A stretch of 64,000 nucleotides of DNA, from assembly GCA_964234715.1 (NCBI GenBank), contig OZ174276.1. One strand, 5' to 3'. Positions within the stretch are counted from its first letter, which is position 1, and each line of letters begins with the position of its first letter. This stretch comes from Podarcis melisellensis. Lineage: Eukaryota. This document shows positions 14,477 through 26,535 of this stretch, one piece after another. Position numbers and translations under genes: made by a program. The notes under the pieces were generated by a model, which was given only the letters and a program-made list of their open reading frames with translations, made no database searches and was not told the origin of the DNA.

Positions 14477-15130
14477 ATTTATTTATTATATATATCCCTC
14501 CCAAAGGAACTCAGGATGGCAAACACTTCTTTGTTAAAAACCTGTTTAAAACGTTTGAAAGCACTTTAATGCAATAAAGCACAATAAAACATCCATAACA
14601 GATTTAAGAACACATGTTAATCATGTGGCTGGATAGACCCACTGAAACAGGAAGATTTTCAGAATTAGAGTTCAGTAATGGTGTCTGCCTAATGTCAAGA
14701 GGCAAGAAGTTCTAAAGTACAGGTGCCGTCACACTAAAGGAATGACTTCTTACAAATGTGGAATAGACATTGTGTGGCCATTGTAGAAGTGCACGTTATG
14801 CAGATTGGTGTGAGTGAGTTAGGATGTATGGAGTCAGGCAATCTCTTAAGTAAACTGATTGCAAGGTGGTGAGCACCTGAAATACCGATAATAACATCTG
14901 GATCTCAGTGCAGTAGTGACCTTGTGTCAGCAATTGTGCTGTAGCATTTTGTGTTAACTGTGGTTTCCAAGCCAAACACAAAGGAATCACCATGTAGAGT
15001 ACTTTGCCGTAGTCCTGTCTTAAAGTTACCAGTGCCTGAACCACTAGTCAAGCAGCCCCGGTCCAGAAACAGTCTCTGTTGTCTTACTAGCTGAAGCCTG
15101 TGAAAAACACTCTTAGCCACCAAGACTAAT
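14477..15130 (-). mobile_element. L2-clade LINE 3' fragment
   Basis: Minus-strand peptides VAKSVFHRLQLVRQQRLFLDR and VQALVTLRQDYGKVLYMVIPL...QLTQNATAQLLT resemble the L2 ORF2 C-terminus (HALVTSRLDYCNALY.GLP...LQLVQNAAARLL). An (atttattt) tail sits at the left end. Confidence 0.85.
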
Positions 15131-15314
15131 GTTTTCTTTGGACTTAACATTTTCTGCTTGCCAATTTATTGTCTGATTTGAATTTTCATCTTTGAGAGTC
15201 AACATTGACTCTCAGTATCAGTCTGTCTTACAGAGATACCATCTTTTAGATGGCTCAATATTAAGGTATACCCTCATCTTGAACAAACACTTAATCTTGC
15301 TCTCTCTGTGTGTG

Positions 15315-15420
15315 TCTTGGTTACTTCATCTGTGAAATTGGAATAATTAACCCCCTACAAGTGTACTCAGAATTAATGTTGGTAATGTTTGCGTGTAGTT
15401 TTGAAAATAGGAATAATTGT
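15315..15420 (+). mobile_element. MIR/CORE SINE core remnant
   Basis: catctgtgaaattggaataatta...cctac...gaattaa resembles the MIR core catctgtaaaatgggataata. Confidence 0.5.
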
Positions 15421-16909
15421 TAATAGGTCTCTATGTCTATCTTTACTGATTTAAAGAATAAGGCATTTAACTCTTACACACTGGGGAACATGAAACTGTT
15501 TTTGCTGTTACAGTTAGTCTTGAGCACTTAACATATGTGTCCTCCCTTAAAATCTATCCTTCCTCACTGACCCATCTTAACATATCAATAAATATGTCTC
15601 TGAGTGAATTCACTGCATTCCTATGATTGTTAAGTAGAAAAGCATTTCTATATAATTACAAGCCTAATATCCCTCTTAAACACACCAACATTACCTATCC
15701 AGGGGGTTCTGAATGACTGTCTGTCTCCCTGAATTTAGCATTGAAATGTGAAAACCTTCATTTGCTAGCCTTAACAACATTAAACTTTTTTTGTTGACTC
15801 TTTTTGTCAGGAACTTAATATCTCTGCATTAGAGGCAGAAAAGTGTGTATGGAATGCTAGGTACTGTGCACTATTTATTGCACTTCCTTGTTCCATTTGG
15901 GATTTTTGGGATTTCTGGTCCTTTGTCACCCTAGCTGAGAAGTAAACTGAAACCTTATGTACTAATTCAAACCAATGGCTTGATGTCACCTTCCTTAAGT
16001 ACTTTGACTTGAACTCTGAGTTGCCTCCAGGGACTCTGATCCAATGGAGGCTCTCAGTGGCAGAAACAGGAGGTGATTTCTGCCTATTTTCCTTTCCCCC
16101 TGCATCCCCCAATCTTCCGGAGCAGATTTCCAGAGGCCCAGAAAGCTACATCCCCTCTCTTCCTGCCCTCACCTTCACCAGCAGGAGTACCTTGTGGGTG
16201 AAGCTCACACCAGTATATGCAAAGTCCAATTAGCACATACCATGTATTGCAGCCCATCAGCTCTTTGCCTGTCACCAGAGTGGTTAGTGGTGTGAGCAGG
16301 TATCTACCTATCAGATAAACACCATTTAAGAAAGGTTGTGTGTCTCCTTATCAGCGTGGTTGGCTTAGGTGAACATGTAGAGCATTTTCAAGCCTTGAAA
16401 ATACAAAGGTATTTCCCACAAAGGAAGTATCCTGTGTTTTCTTTATAAAGACCGGAAATCCTGTTATAGGCTGAGATCCAAATAAGTACTTAAAGAGCCT
16501 GGGAGTGTCCACTGGGAGGTCAGTGGGAGCTCTTCACTTTAGCACTAGCTGCTTTTGGAACATCCCCTTCCAAAGTGTTATGCTACGTGATATGGCAAGC
16601 ATTCTGTTGATATCCAGAATGAGTATTCTGCCAAGAAACAAAAGTCAAAAGTCCCTTGGACATGCAGAACTAGTTTCCCCTTGCTTTAAAAATCATGTTT
16701 TGTTTTTCAGTTAACACAAGGAGAGGACTTTGTGTATGTGCGGAGGTTAACTTTCTGCATCTTCCCTATAATATCATAAGGACATATGGGAGTTTATTCT
16801 TTCATCTATACTTCCATGTACAGTATTCACTGAATTTGATGTTATCTGCTTGAGTAGGCAATTAAATTCTGATTGGATTCCTTAATATTTTTCATAGATA
16901 GAAGAGCAG

Positions 16910-16952
16910 TCAGTTGCGGTGTCAGATATCTGTGCCAGGGTATCTCTCTGCC
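16910..16952 (-). repeat. Right arm of 43-bp long-range inverted repeat
   Basis: tcagttgcggtgtcagatatctgtgccagggtatctctctgcc; partner of 12178-12220. Confidence 0.92.
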
Positions 16953-17287
16953 AGCTTTTATAAGCTTAGATGAATTGTCAACAACTTGTCTGCAAATAAG
17001 TACAACTGTTCCTCTGTCAGGAGGGTATGAGCAAAGCATCTGGAAATGTGGTAATTTAGAAAGAGCTACTAGTTTAAAAAAGCAAATAGGGAAAAACAGA
17101 TCTGAAGAATAAGGCACCCAGCTTCAGCATTTTTAAAATAAATATACAGTTTATATGAATTATGTATGAAGCATGCATGCATGTCTCTAAAACAAAGTCT
17201 GTATTCACTCTTATGCTTTTTAGAGTTGAATGTCCACCTCCCCCATATTCTCTCTTTTCATTTCAATCCTGAAACAAGATTCTAGGC

Positions 17288-17568
17288 CAGGGGTCGGCAA
17301 AGTTTACTTTGCTTGGGCCAGTTCACTCCAGCGGAGATCCCTTCGTGCACCGGATAGTGCACGTGTGAGCATGTGCTCCCGCAATTTCTGGTGTCTGCGT
17401 CTGCACAGATGCGATTTCCAGCACCGCAGAAGCGAGTCCCCACGCCGGTTTCGTGCCGCGCATGGGGACTCGCCAAGTGGGTGGCTCGGTTCGGGGATGG
17501 CTCGTGGGCTGGTTAAATTACCCCCGTGGGCTGCTTCTGGCCCATGGGCCTTAGGTTGCCTACCCCTA
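17288..17568. mobile_element. Non-autonomous hAT (Charlie-like) MITE, 281 bp
   Basis: TIRs caggggtcggcaa ... ttgcctaccccta. Perfect 8-bp TSD ttctaggc at 17280-17287 and 17569-17576, close to the nTCTAGAn target preference. CpG-rich interior. Confidence 0.9.
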
Positions 17569-18574
17569 TTCTAGGCTTACTCAGTGGCGCAGGAAGTGAT
17601 GTGCACATATGTTCTCAGATTCCACATAGAACGCTGGGGTGTATGTCTGAAGGGTCCCCATGTGAAAATATTGGCTCTCTCTTTTGAAGGATAAGTTACT
17701 CACACACCAATGTTTTCAAGCAAAGCATTATCCTCCAGATGTGAAACCTGAAGTATGAGAGTCATACAGTGTCAGTTCTTGCACATTTGAGTATGTGAAT
17801 TACCTCCTCCGGAAGTTTCAGCCATTTTCACCCTCCTACCCCAAAGAACAAAAAAAAAAAAGTGGGGTTTACAGGAGCAGCTACTTTCCAAAACGATTTA
17901 CCAAATGGAACAGTCTCATTACAGTAGTGAAAGCTGGCATAATATGATATATATTCCATTTCAGTTGAAATATATTTCGACTTGGAAATTCTATGAAGTT
18001 TGGGGACAGACTGTAAAAACACCCCCACCTTCTATTTGTTTCTAAACATGAAACACATGCATTTGTACCTTCTTACTTTTTTTTCAGACAAACTAGATTT
18101 CTGTTGGGGCTGTTTGTTTTTAAGCAATATTCATTTCCTCCCCACTCGTCTGTGTTTAGTGCTTTTTAATTGTCAAAGTAGATTTCTTTCTTCAAAAGCT
18201 TTGAAATAAAAGTTTTGGGATTTTTCAGATGATAAAAAAAAATTCTGGACAACTTCCCAGAAGAAAATTCCACTAATTGAAGCACACTGTTCTTTTAGAA
18301 TTAATATTTATAAGTGTATGCAGCATGTAAAGCAGCTTTGTTACAAGAGTTTTAAAAATTAAGAATAAGTTAATTTAAAAGCTACATTGGGTGATAGAAA
18401 TGGGCTTAGAGGCTTCTCCTTGTGAAGATTAATTATGAGTGGTGGGAGCAGAGAAAGAGTTTACTTTTATTCCATAACTTTCTCTGCTCTTTTTAAAATC
18501 ACGTTTGTTGGTTGTGTACTATTAAGGAGGCAGGACTGAGTTACTTGTGGCTGTCAGGCAGGTTATGCCATATC

Positions 18575-18626
18575 TGTGTGTGTGTGTGTGTGTGTGTGTG
18601 TGACACACACACACACACACACACAC
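18575..18626. repeat. Compound self-complementary microsatellite (TG)14(AC)12
   Basis: Read directly from the sequence. Confidence 0.95.
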
Positions 18627-21600
18627 AAAATGGGGTTGTACCCAGTGTTAGTTCTCCTCAGAGTAGACTCATTTAAATTAATACTAAATGTACAATTAGA
18701 TGAGAATTCCTTAGAAATGACTGCATCCATGGCAGTAGACTGGTTAGTTTGCTTCAGTTAAGAATATCACAAACAAAATGTCTCTTGCAGCTGCTTGCTA
18801 TGTTACATTGTTGTTGTTGTTATTTATTATCCAGGCAAATTGCAACAGTTAGTTTTAAAACGCAATGTTATAATATGAAAAAAGAGTTTAAAACAACTTG
18901 AAACAACATTTTCCCCATTTCCTATGATCTCATCCATTGAAAGCCATATATAACATAACAGTGAGTGTTTTGTGTTGGAGCTGCCCATTCCATATACTTG
19001 AAAAAAATAAATTATTGCAGCTCACTTCACACATAGTGTAAATACTTTTCCCTAACCAGAATTTATTCTCCTGTAAGAAAAACATTCATATATTAAAGTT
19101 ATTGAAAAGTTCAATTATGCATCAATAAGTGACAGAAGTTTTAACAGATAGGTCAGACAGGGTGAGGTAGAGGTAAGCTAAACAAGGTTGTAGAGAAACC
19201 TTAATGCAGAAACCACTGGCACAGCTCGCTACTTGTGAGTAACAAACTTCTAAACTCCTGGAAGAAGAAGTTTGAAATCTGAAACTATCTTAAATCCAGG
19301 AACCTGCACTTTTGCTCAGTCACTCTAAGCCATGGTTTTACTTAGTGCTACTTGTGAACTGGATCACTATGTTACACCAGGTCTTCATGTTACACTGGAA
19401 TCAATAGGGAAATTGCTGGTATTCCCCATACTTTTTTTTACTCGGAAGGTGACACTGGAAAACATGATGACAATTTGTCAGTCTGATGCTTCTATTTCTT
19501 CTTCATCTAAGCACTCCTTCAATGAAAATACCTTTTCTTATTTTCCTGCTTTCCAGAAGCAATTGATTTTAAGAATTTTTTAAGGCTTTTAAAAGAGTCT
19601 GTCTTTCATTGTATTTATATAGAGGGAGTTGTGCCAGAGATAGTTATCCTAAGTGGTTTCTAAGATGAAGTTAATAGTTTGTGATATCTTTTGTTTAGGA
19701 AAGTGGATCTGGTGGTATTTATTTGTCAATCTTTCCTTTACCTTTTCTGTAAGATTGATGGGTACCTTATCTTGCCCTTTTATCTTTGCGTTTGGGGGAT
19801 TTCAGCAATGCTGGAATTACAAACACATCTTGGCAGCTTTCAGATCCCCAGCAACAGGTTTGTATGCATGTGTTAACAAATGAGTCTCTGTGAAGTTGTC
19901 AGCTTGCATTTCTGACATAATGAAGATGAGAGAAAAGTGAGACCTATTTTGTTTAGTTCAGTTATCTTCATAATGACTTGGAGCAGTACAATTTACCTAC
20001 TAGCTAACTTGAACAAGGGAGATTTTACACCTACTCCATTAAATCTATAGGAACTATGAAATAAAACAGAAATCTTCTCCATTTTTTCCTTTCAAGTATT
20101 GATCCATTGGCACTAATTTTATGCCTCTACCACTGGTCAGAGTTGCAAAGGCATTGGATGGTTGCATCTCCCACACCTTTCAGGAAGATCACCACAAGAG
20201 AAACACGAGCCATCTGCTACAGAAGGAGCAGCTGCAAGGAAATGTGAAAAAGATCATTGCTCTATCAGTTGCCCTGGGATTGAAGTAAAGTTGACCCACA
20301 ATTTATGTTTAACTTGTGGACATTCAGCTAAATAAATTAATTAATTAATAAATGGAAGCAGGTGTTTGGGGGGAAAGACTTTGGTGATCTTACCCACCAT
20401 TGCACTATATGTGCTTTGCCAATATGCAATTTTCGCTTTATGCACTAACCCCAGAACATAACCCCCATGTAAGTTGCAGGTCTACTATTTTGTGTGGAAA
20501 AACTGTAGCCCCTGTCATTGGCCATAGGAAGAAGAGCCACTTATGTCCAAGCAAGAGGTGGAAACAGCTTGGTGTACTATTATATAAATGCCTGTTTACA
20601 ATCCAGTATTATGTTCTGGCATTGCAAAACTAATCTCCCTACTCTCCTCTTCCTTCTTCTCTCCTTTTGTTCTTCTTGATTTTTTTAGCTTATAAGCCTA
20701 ACGGCATCCTAAATGAAGTGAGCCAAATGTGGTGTTAATCATAGGCTTTCTTTCAGAATTTAATAGGAAAGGGAGTGTGCAGAAATTCTACATTCATTCA
20801 GTAGCAGTCTGTACAAAATAACCTTCCTAAATCATGGAAATGTTTCCTATGTTCATTTGTGTCAAGATCATTGAATCAAATTTAGTAGCAGGCACACAAC
20901 AACTTTTGCTTTCATTCACTTCTGATGTCTGTGTTTCAAAGAGAAGGGTCTGCTACGTTTTCTGCAAAGATTTCAAGTTAATTAAAATTTTCTGTTGGTT
21001 CCCTTTAAAGTGAAGATGAGATGCTGCTTTTAAGTTTACTCCTTGGAGAGTTTTAAAAAGGAGGATGATTAAGATGCCATGGATGATGGTGTCAGCTTTC
21101 AAGCATTGTAGTGTCTTAGATTATAAGAAACTAAACATCTTGGCTCTTGAGAAGCACAGATGCCTGAGGAAGAGAATGTGAAAACGTTTAGATCTTGCTT
21201 CATGGTAGAAATGGGGAAAACCCCACTGAAAAATGCACATCATACTTTTTCAAAAGCCATCTGAATGGCTTTTGAAATGGAGGAAGGTAGTTAAAATAAT
21301 ATCATCCATTAAACTATGGATTGCAGATGATAGTTTCCTCAAGTTCCCATATGTTAAAAATGTGATTTGAGACTCTCCTAATGATATCAGCTATTAAATA
21401 TTTTAAAGGGAAAGGGCCTACAGTCTGCTTTTATTATTATTTTTAAAAGGTAGGGATTGTTGTAAATCAAATTTATTTTTCCTGCTATGTTCTGCCTTGG
21501 AACTGTTGGACCATATTTCCGCTCTCTGCTTGCTTTGAGGTGCACTAAATATTAATAAATGCCAGTGTCACTTTACACCTTGGTTTATGTTTCAGGCTTT

Positions 21601-22249
21601 TTATTGGTTGAATTATAGTAATCTCTAAGGGAGTATGTAGCTTTTCATTGCCTGGTTTTCCAACAGTTAACATGTTGCTTAACAGATAAAATGGCTGCAT
21701 TAATGTTCAGTAATTTAAATAGGTATGTCTAGAAAAATTATATGGAAAAACCCTATTGTACAACATAGGTTAATAGAAAGAAATCATTTTCAGTCAACCC
21801 TTCATTTCAGCCAGAGCAAGTTCATTGTCAAATTTCAGCATGTAAAAAGTATACAAGCTTTTCTACATATGTAAATTGCCTGCTGTTATTTTGGCATGCT
21901 CAGGCATGTGCAACTATAATATTCTTTAATTATCAGCTTAGCCTATGTCAGTCTATTCCATCTGAAATCTAAAATTGTTCTGTTAATAATACAGTTAACA
22001 TAAAATATAAAAGTAGCAGAAAGTATCAACTCCGTGTGGATGCAATGAGAATACATTTGCATATTAATACAGTCGAGTAGTTTGTACTGATTGGTATTGA
22101 GGTTTCTAACTTCATGAGGAAATGAGCTGTGGTGATTTAATGTTCTCCATATTTTAATGACACCAAACTGATAGGAAGCTGGATGAACAATTATGGACAA
22201 GATCCTGAAGTAGAATATGTGGAAAAAGTAATTTTGGAGCGCAGTCTTG

Positions 22250-22331
22250 TTCATGTCTTCTCAGTAATAAGCCCCATTATTGTGTTCTTTGGGACTTACC
22301 CTCAGGCAAGTGTTTATAGGATTGCAGCTTA
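22250..22331. repeat. Short palindromic interspersed repeat (related copies at about 6290-6372, 50872-50945, 62740-62790)
   Basis: Shared motifs taagccccatt / gggacttac / ataggattgcagc and their reverse complements (tgcaatc...gtaag.cccat). Confidence 0.5.
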
Positions 22332-22727
22332 AATCCATTTACCTTTGGAAAATAAAGTACTAATCTGACACTAGGGACATGTTTGACAAATTAAACTAAA
22401 AAAATGAAAATTTATTCAGCATTATTGTGTTACTGTGCATGGACTTAACTATATAGAGATGGTATCTGATAGTACTTTTGTGGGATATCTCTGACTTTCA
22501 ATACGTGCTTTGTGCAGTTTTCCTCCCACAAAAGTTTTTGGAAGTTTGAACAAAAAACACACGCTTTGCTGGACTAAATATTCAGTCAAAAGGGCAATTA
22601 AAAATAAGAAGATGGTATCATAGGGAAATAATTTGCTTTTTTAAAAAAATTAGCAGAGCCACTCTCTGATCAAGAGCTCAGCAGTCTCTTTTCCACTCCA
22701 GCTCACCCCTCAAAGTTCATTGGGAAA

Positions 22728-25605
22728 GAGTCTCAAGAGTCTCCTCCAGCACCATAATTCAAAAGCATCAATTCTTCAGCAATCAGCCTTCTTTATGGTC
22801 CAGCTCTCACTTCCATATATCACTACTGAGAAAACCATAGTTTTTACTATACGGACCTTTGTTGGTAAGGTGATGTCTCTACTTTTTAAGATGCTGTTTA
22901 GGTTCGTCATTGCTTTCCTCCCAAGAAGTAGGTGTCTCTTAATTTCGTGGCTGCTGTCACCATCTGCAGTGATCATGGAGCCCAAGAAAGTAAAATCTCT
23001 CACTGCCTTCATTTCTTCCCCTTCTATTTGCCAGGAGGTGATGGGACCAGTGGCCATGATCTTCGTTTTTTTGATGTTGAGCTTCAGACCATATTTTGCG
23101 CTCTCCTCTTTCACCCTCAATAAAAGGTTCTTTAATTCCTCCTCACTTTCTGCCATCAAGGTTGTGTCATCTGCATATCTGAGGTTGTTGATATTTCTTC
23201 CAGCAATCTTAATTCCGGCTAGGGATTCATCCAGCCCAGCCTTTCGCATGATGAATTCTGCATATTAGTTAAATAAGCAGGGAGACAATATACAGCCTTG
23301 TCGTACTCCTTTCCCAATTTTGAACCAATCAGTTGTTCCATATCCAGTTCTAACTGTAGCTTCTTGTCCCACATAGAGCTTTCTCGGGAGACAGATGAAG
23401 TGATCAGGCACTCCCATTTCTTTAAGAACTTGCCATAGTTTGCTGTGGTCGACACAGTCAAAGGCTTTTGCATAGTCAATGAAGCAGAAGTAGATGTCTT
23501 TCTGGAACTCTCTAGCTTTCTCCATAATCCAGCACATGTTTGCAATTTGGTCTGTGGTTCCTCTGCCTCTTCTAATTCCAGCTTGCACTTCTGGGAGTTC
23601 TCAGTCCACATACTGCTTGAGCCCTTCCTTGTAGAATTTTAAGCATAACCTTGCTAGCGTGTGAAATGAGTGCAATTGTGCGGTAGTTGGAGCATTATTT
23701 GGCACTGCCCTTCTTTGGCATTGGGATGTAGACTGATCTCCAATCCTCTGGCCACTGCTGAGATTTCCAAACTTGCTGGCATATTGAGTGTAGCACCTTA
23801 ACAGCATCATCTTTTAAAATTTTAAATAGTTCAGCTGGAATACCATCACTTCCACTGGCCTTGTTATTTGCAGTGCTTTCTAAGGCCCATTTGACTTCAC
23901 TCTCCAGGATGTCTGGCTCAAGGTTAGCAACCACACTACCTGGGGTGTATGAGACATCCATATCTTTCTGGTATAATTCCTCTGTGTATTCTTGCCACCT
24001 CTTCTTGATGTCTTCTGCTTCTGTTAGGTCCTTACCACTTTTGTCCTTTATTATGGTAATCTTTGAACGAAATGTTCCTTTCATATCTCCAATTTTCTTG
24101 AACAGATCTCTGGTTCTTCCCATTCTGTTGTTTTCCTCTATTTCTTTGCATTGCTCGTTTAAGAAGGCCTTCTTGTCTCTCCTTGCTGTTTTTTGGAAAT
24201 CTGCATTCAATTTCCTGTATCTTTCTCTATCTCCCTCACATTTTGCTTGCCTTCTCTCCCCCGCTATTTGTAAGGCTTCATTGGACAGCCACTTTGCTTT
24301 CTTGCATTTCCTTTTCATTGGGATGGTTTTCGTTGCTGCCTCCTGTATAATGTTATGAGCCTCCATCCATAGTTCTTCAGGCACTCTGTCCAGCAAATCT
24401 AAATCCTTAAACCTGTTCCTCACTTCCACTGTGTATTCATAAGGGATTTGATTTAGATTGTATCTTACCGGCCCAGTGGTTTTTCCTACTTTCTTCAGTT
24501 TAAGCTTGAATTTTGCTATAAGAAGCTGATGATCTGAGCCACAGTCAGCTCCAGGTCTTGTTTTTGCTGACTGTATAGAGCTTCTTCATCTTTGGCTGCA
24601 GAAAATATAATCAATCTGATTTTGATGCTACCCATCTGGTGATGTCCATGTGTAGAGTGTTATTGGAAAAGAGTGTTTGTGATGACCAGCTTGTTCTCTT
24701 GGCAGAACTCTATTAGTCTTTGCCCTGCTTCGTTTTGATCTCCAAGGCCAAACTTGCCAGTTGTTCCTTTTATCTCTTGATTCCCTACTTTAGCATTCCA
24801 ATCCCCTATAATGAGAAGAACATCCTTCTTTGGTGTCACTTCTATAAGGTGTTGTAAGTCTTCATAGAATTGGTCAATTTCAGTTTCTTCAGCACCAGTA
24901 GTTGGTGCATAAACTTGGATTACTGTTACGTTAAAAGGTCTGTCTTGGATTCGTATCGAGATCATTCTATCATTTTTGAGATTGCATCCCAGTACAGCTT
25001 TCACCACTCTTTTGTTGACTATGAGGGCCACTCCATTTCTTTTGCGGGTTTCTTGCCCACAGTAGTAGATATGATGGTCATCCGAACTGAATTCGCCCAT
25101 TCCCGTCCATTTTAGTTAACTGATGCCCAGGATGTCAATATTTATTCTTGCCATCTCATTTTTGACCACATCCAACTTACCCAGGTTCATAGTTCTTACA
25201 TTCCAGGTTCCTATGCAATATTTTTCTTTACAGCATTGGACTTTCCTTTCGCTTCCAGGCATATCCGAAACTGAGCGTCCTTTCAGCTTTAACCCAGCCG
25301 CTTCATCAGCTCTGGATCTACTTGTACTTGTCATCCGCTCTTCCCCAGTAGCATGTTGGACGCCTTCCGACCTGAGGGGCTCATCTTTCAGCGTCATAAC
25401 TTTTATATGCGTGTTGTCTTTGTCCATGGAGTTTTCTTGGCAAGGATACTCGAGTGGCTTGCCGGTTCCTCCTCCAGGTGGATCACGTTTGGTCAAAACT
25501 CTCCACTATGACCTGTTCATCTTGGGTGCCCTGCTTGGCATAGTTCATAGCTTCTCTGAGTTCTTCAAGCCCCTTCGCCACGGCAAGGCAGTGATCCATG
25601 AAGGG
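22728..25605 (-). mobile_element. BovB (RTE-clade) LINE; 5' end intact, 3' truncated, ORF disrupted
   Basis: Minus-strand ORF fragments give an APE endonuclease (IGTWNVRTMN, IQVYAPT, IIGDWNAKVG) and an RT (FIDYAKAFDCVDH, GVRQGCILSP, LRYADDTTL). The 5' UTR reads catggatcactgccttg...ctatgaactatgcc...gggcacccaaga as in BovB. Premature stops near 25116, 24660, 23695, 23601, 23265 and 22776, plus frameshifts near 24660 and 23625. Confidence 0.95.
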
Positions 25606-25639
25606 AAATATTTCACTACACATACTTATTGGGGGAAAT

Positions 25640-25748
25640 CATGGCTTGTATCCATTTAGAGCTATTTAAATTAATGGAACTGTGTTAGTTATGTAAATTA
25701 ATTTAAATAGGTATACTTTGAGTATAACTAACACTGAATAGAATCCCA
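25640..25748. repeat. Short palindromic interspersed repeat (related copy at about 18632-18690)
   Basis: atttaaattaat...attaatttaaataggtatactttgagtataactaacactgaata is the reverse complement of 18633-18682 (gggttgtacccagtgttagttctcctcagagtagactcatttaaattaat). Confidence 0.55.
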
Positions 25749-26314
25749 TGTCTTCCCAGGAACTCAGATTTACCATTTGCGTTTAAAGTACGTAGCAGAA
25801 AAACAGAAATAGCATCTGAACTTGGTACAAGAGTGACCCCTGTGTTCTCCCTGTTCTTCCTCCAGAATGCTCCTTATTTGGTAAAATGTTGTGGATCTTT
25901 GTCTGGTTAATAGAAAACTGTTTCCCTCTGCCCCAGCACACATTAATTTAATCTGCAAGTTATCCTAATTGAGACATTAATCCTTTCATCACAGTTTATA
26001 TTAATGCCACAAATATATCTAAACATGGCATAACTGTGAATCTGTAGCCTTCTATCTTATTGAGCATCTGTGAGGTCATTAATTAAGTCACACATTGGGG
26101 AGGTGAGAATATAGCAAAGCTTGACATTTTGTGACAAGGGGAGAATGGAGTATTAGCAAAAATGTTTTGCCACACTCCTTTGCTTTTGCTGGAGAAGCAA
26201 TCATTTAAACACTGTTACAGAGTGCCAATAGGTACATTTCTTTATCTTCACATGACCTCCTATTGGACTCTGCATGGTTTAGAAAACATATAGATCTTTT
26301 ATTCATGTTCAGTA

Positions 26315-26535
26315 CAGTGGTACCTCGGGTTAAGAACTTCATTCGTTCTGGCATTCTTAACCTGAAACTGTTCTTAACCTGAGGTACCACTTTAGCTAAT
26401 GGGGCCTCCCACTGCCGCAGCGCTGCCACAGCGCGATTTCTGTTCTCATTCTGAAGCAAAGTTCTTAACCCAAGGTACTATTTCTGGATTAGCGGAGTCT
26501 GTAACCTGAAACGTCTGTAATCCAAGGTACCACTG
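26315..26535. mobile_element. Tc1/mariner (pogo/Tigger-like) MITE, copy 1
   Basis: TIR cagtggtacctcgggtt ... aatccaaggtaccactg with TA on both sides. Internal repeats of gttcttaacc. Confidence 0.88.

Noticed and set aside
12178-16952. A 4.8-kb DNA transposon defined by 43-bp TIRs
   Set aside because: No TSD, no transposase remnant, and the interior contains much older repeats. Kept only as an unexplained inverted pair.
17230-17574. 114-aa GC-rich ORF / apparent CpG island
   Set aside because: Fully explained by the hAT MITE at 17288-17568.
22720-25659. Long + strand ORFs (182, 165 and 178 aa) over the BovB element
   Set aside because: These are antisense shadows of the LINE ORF, with no independent homology or splice support.
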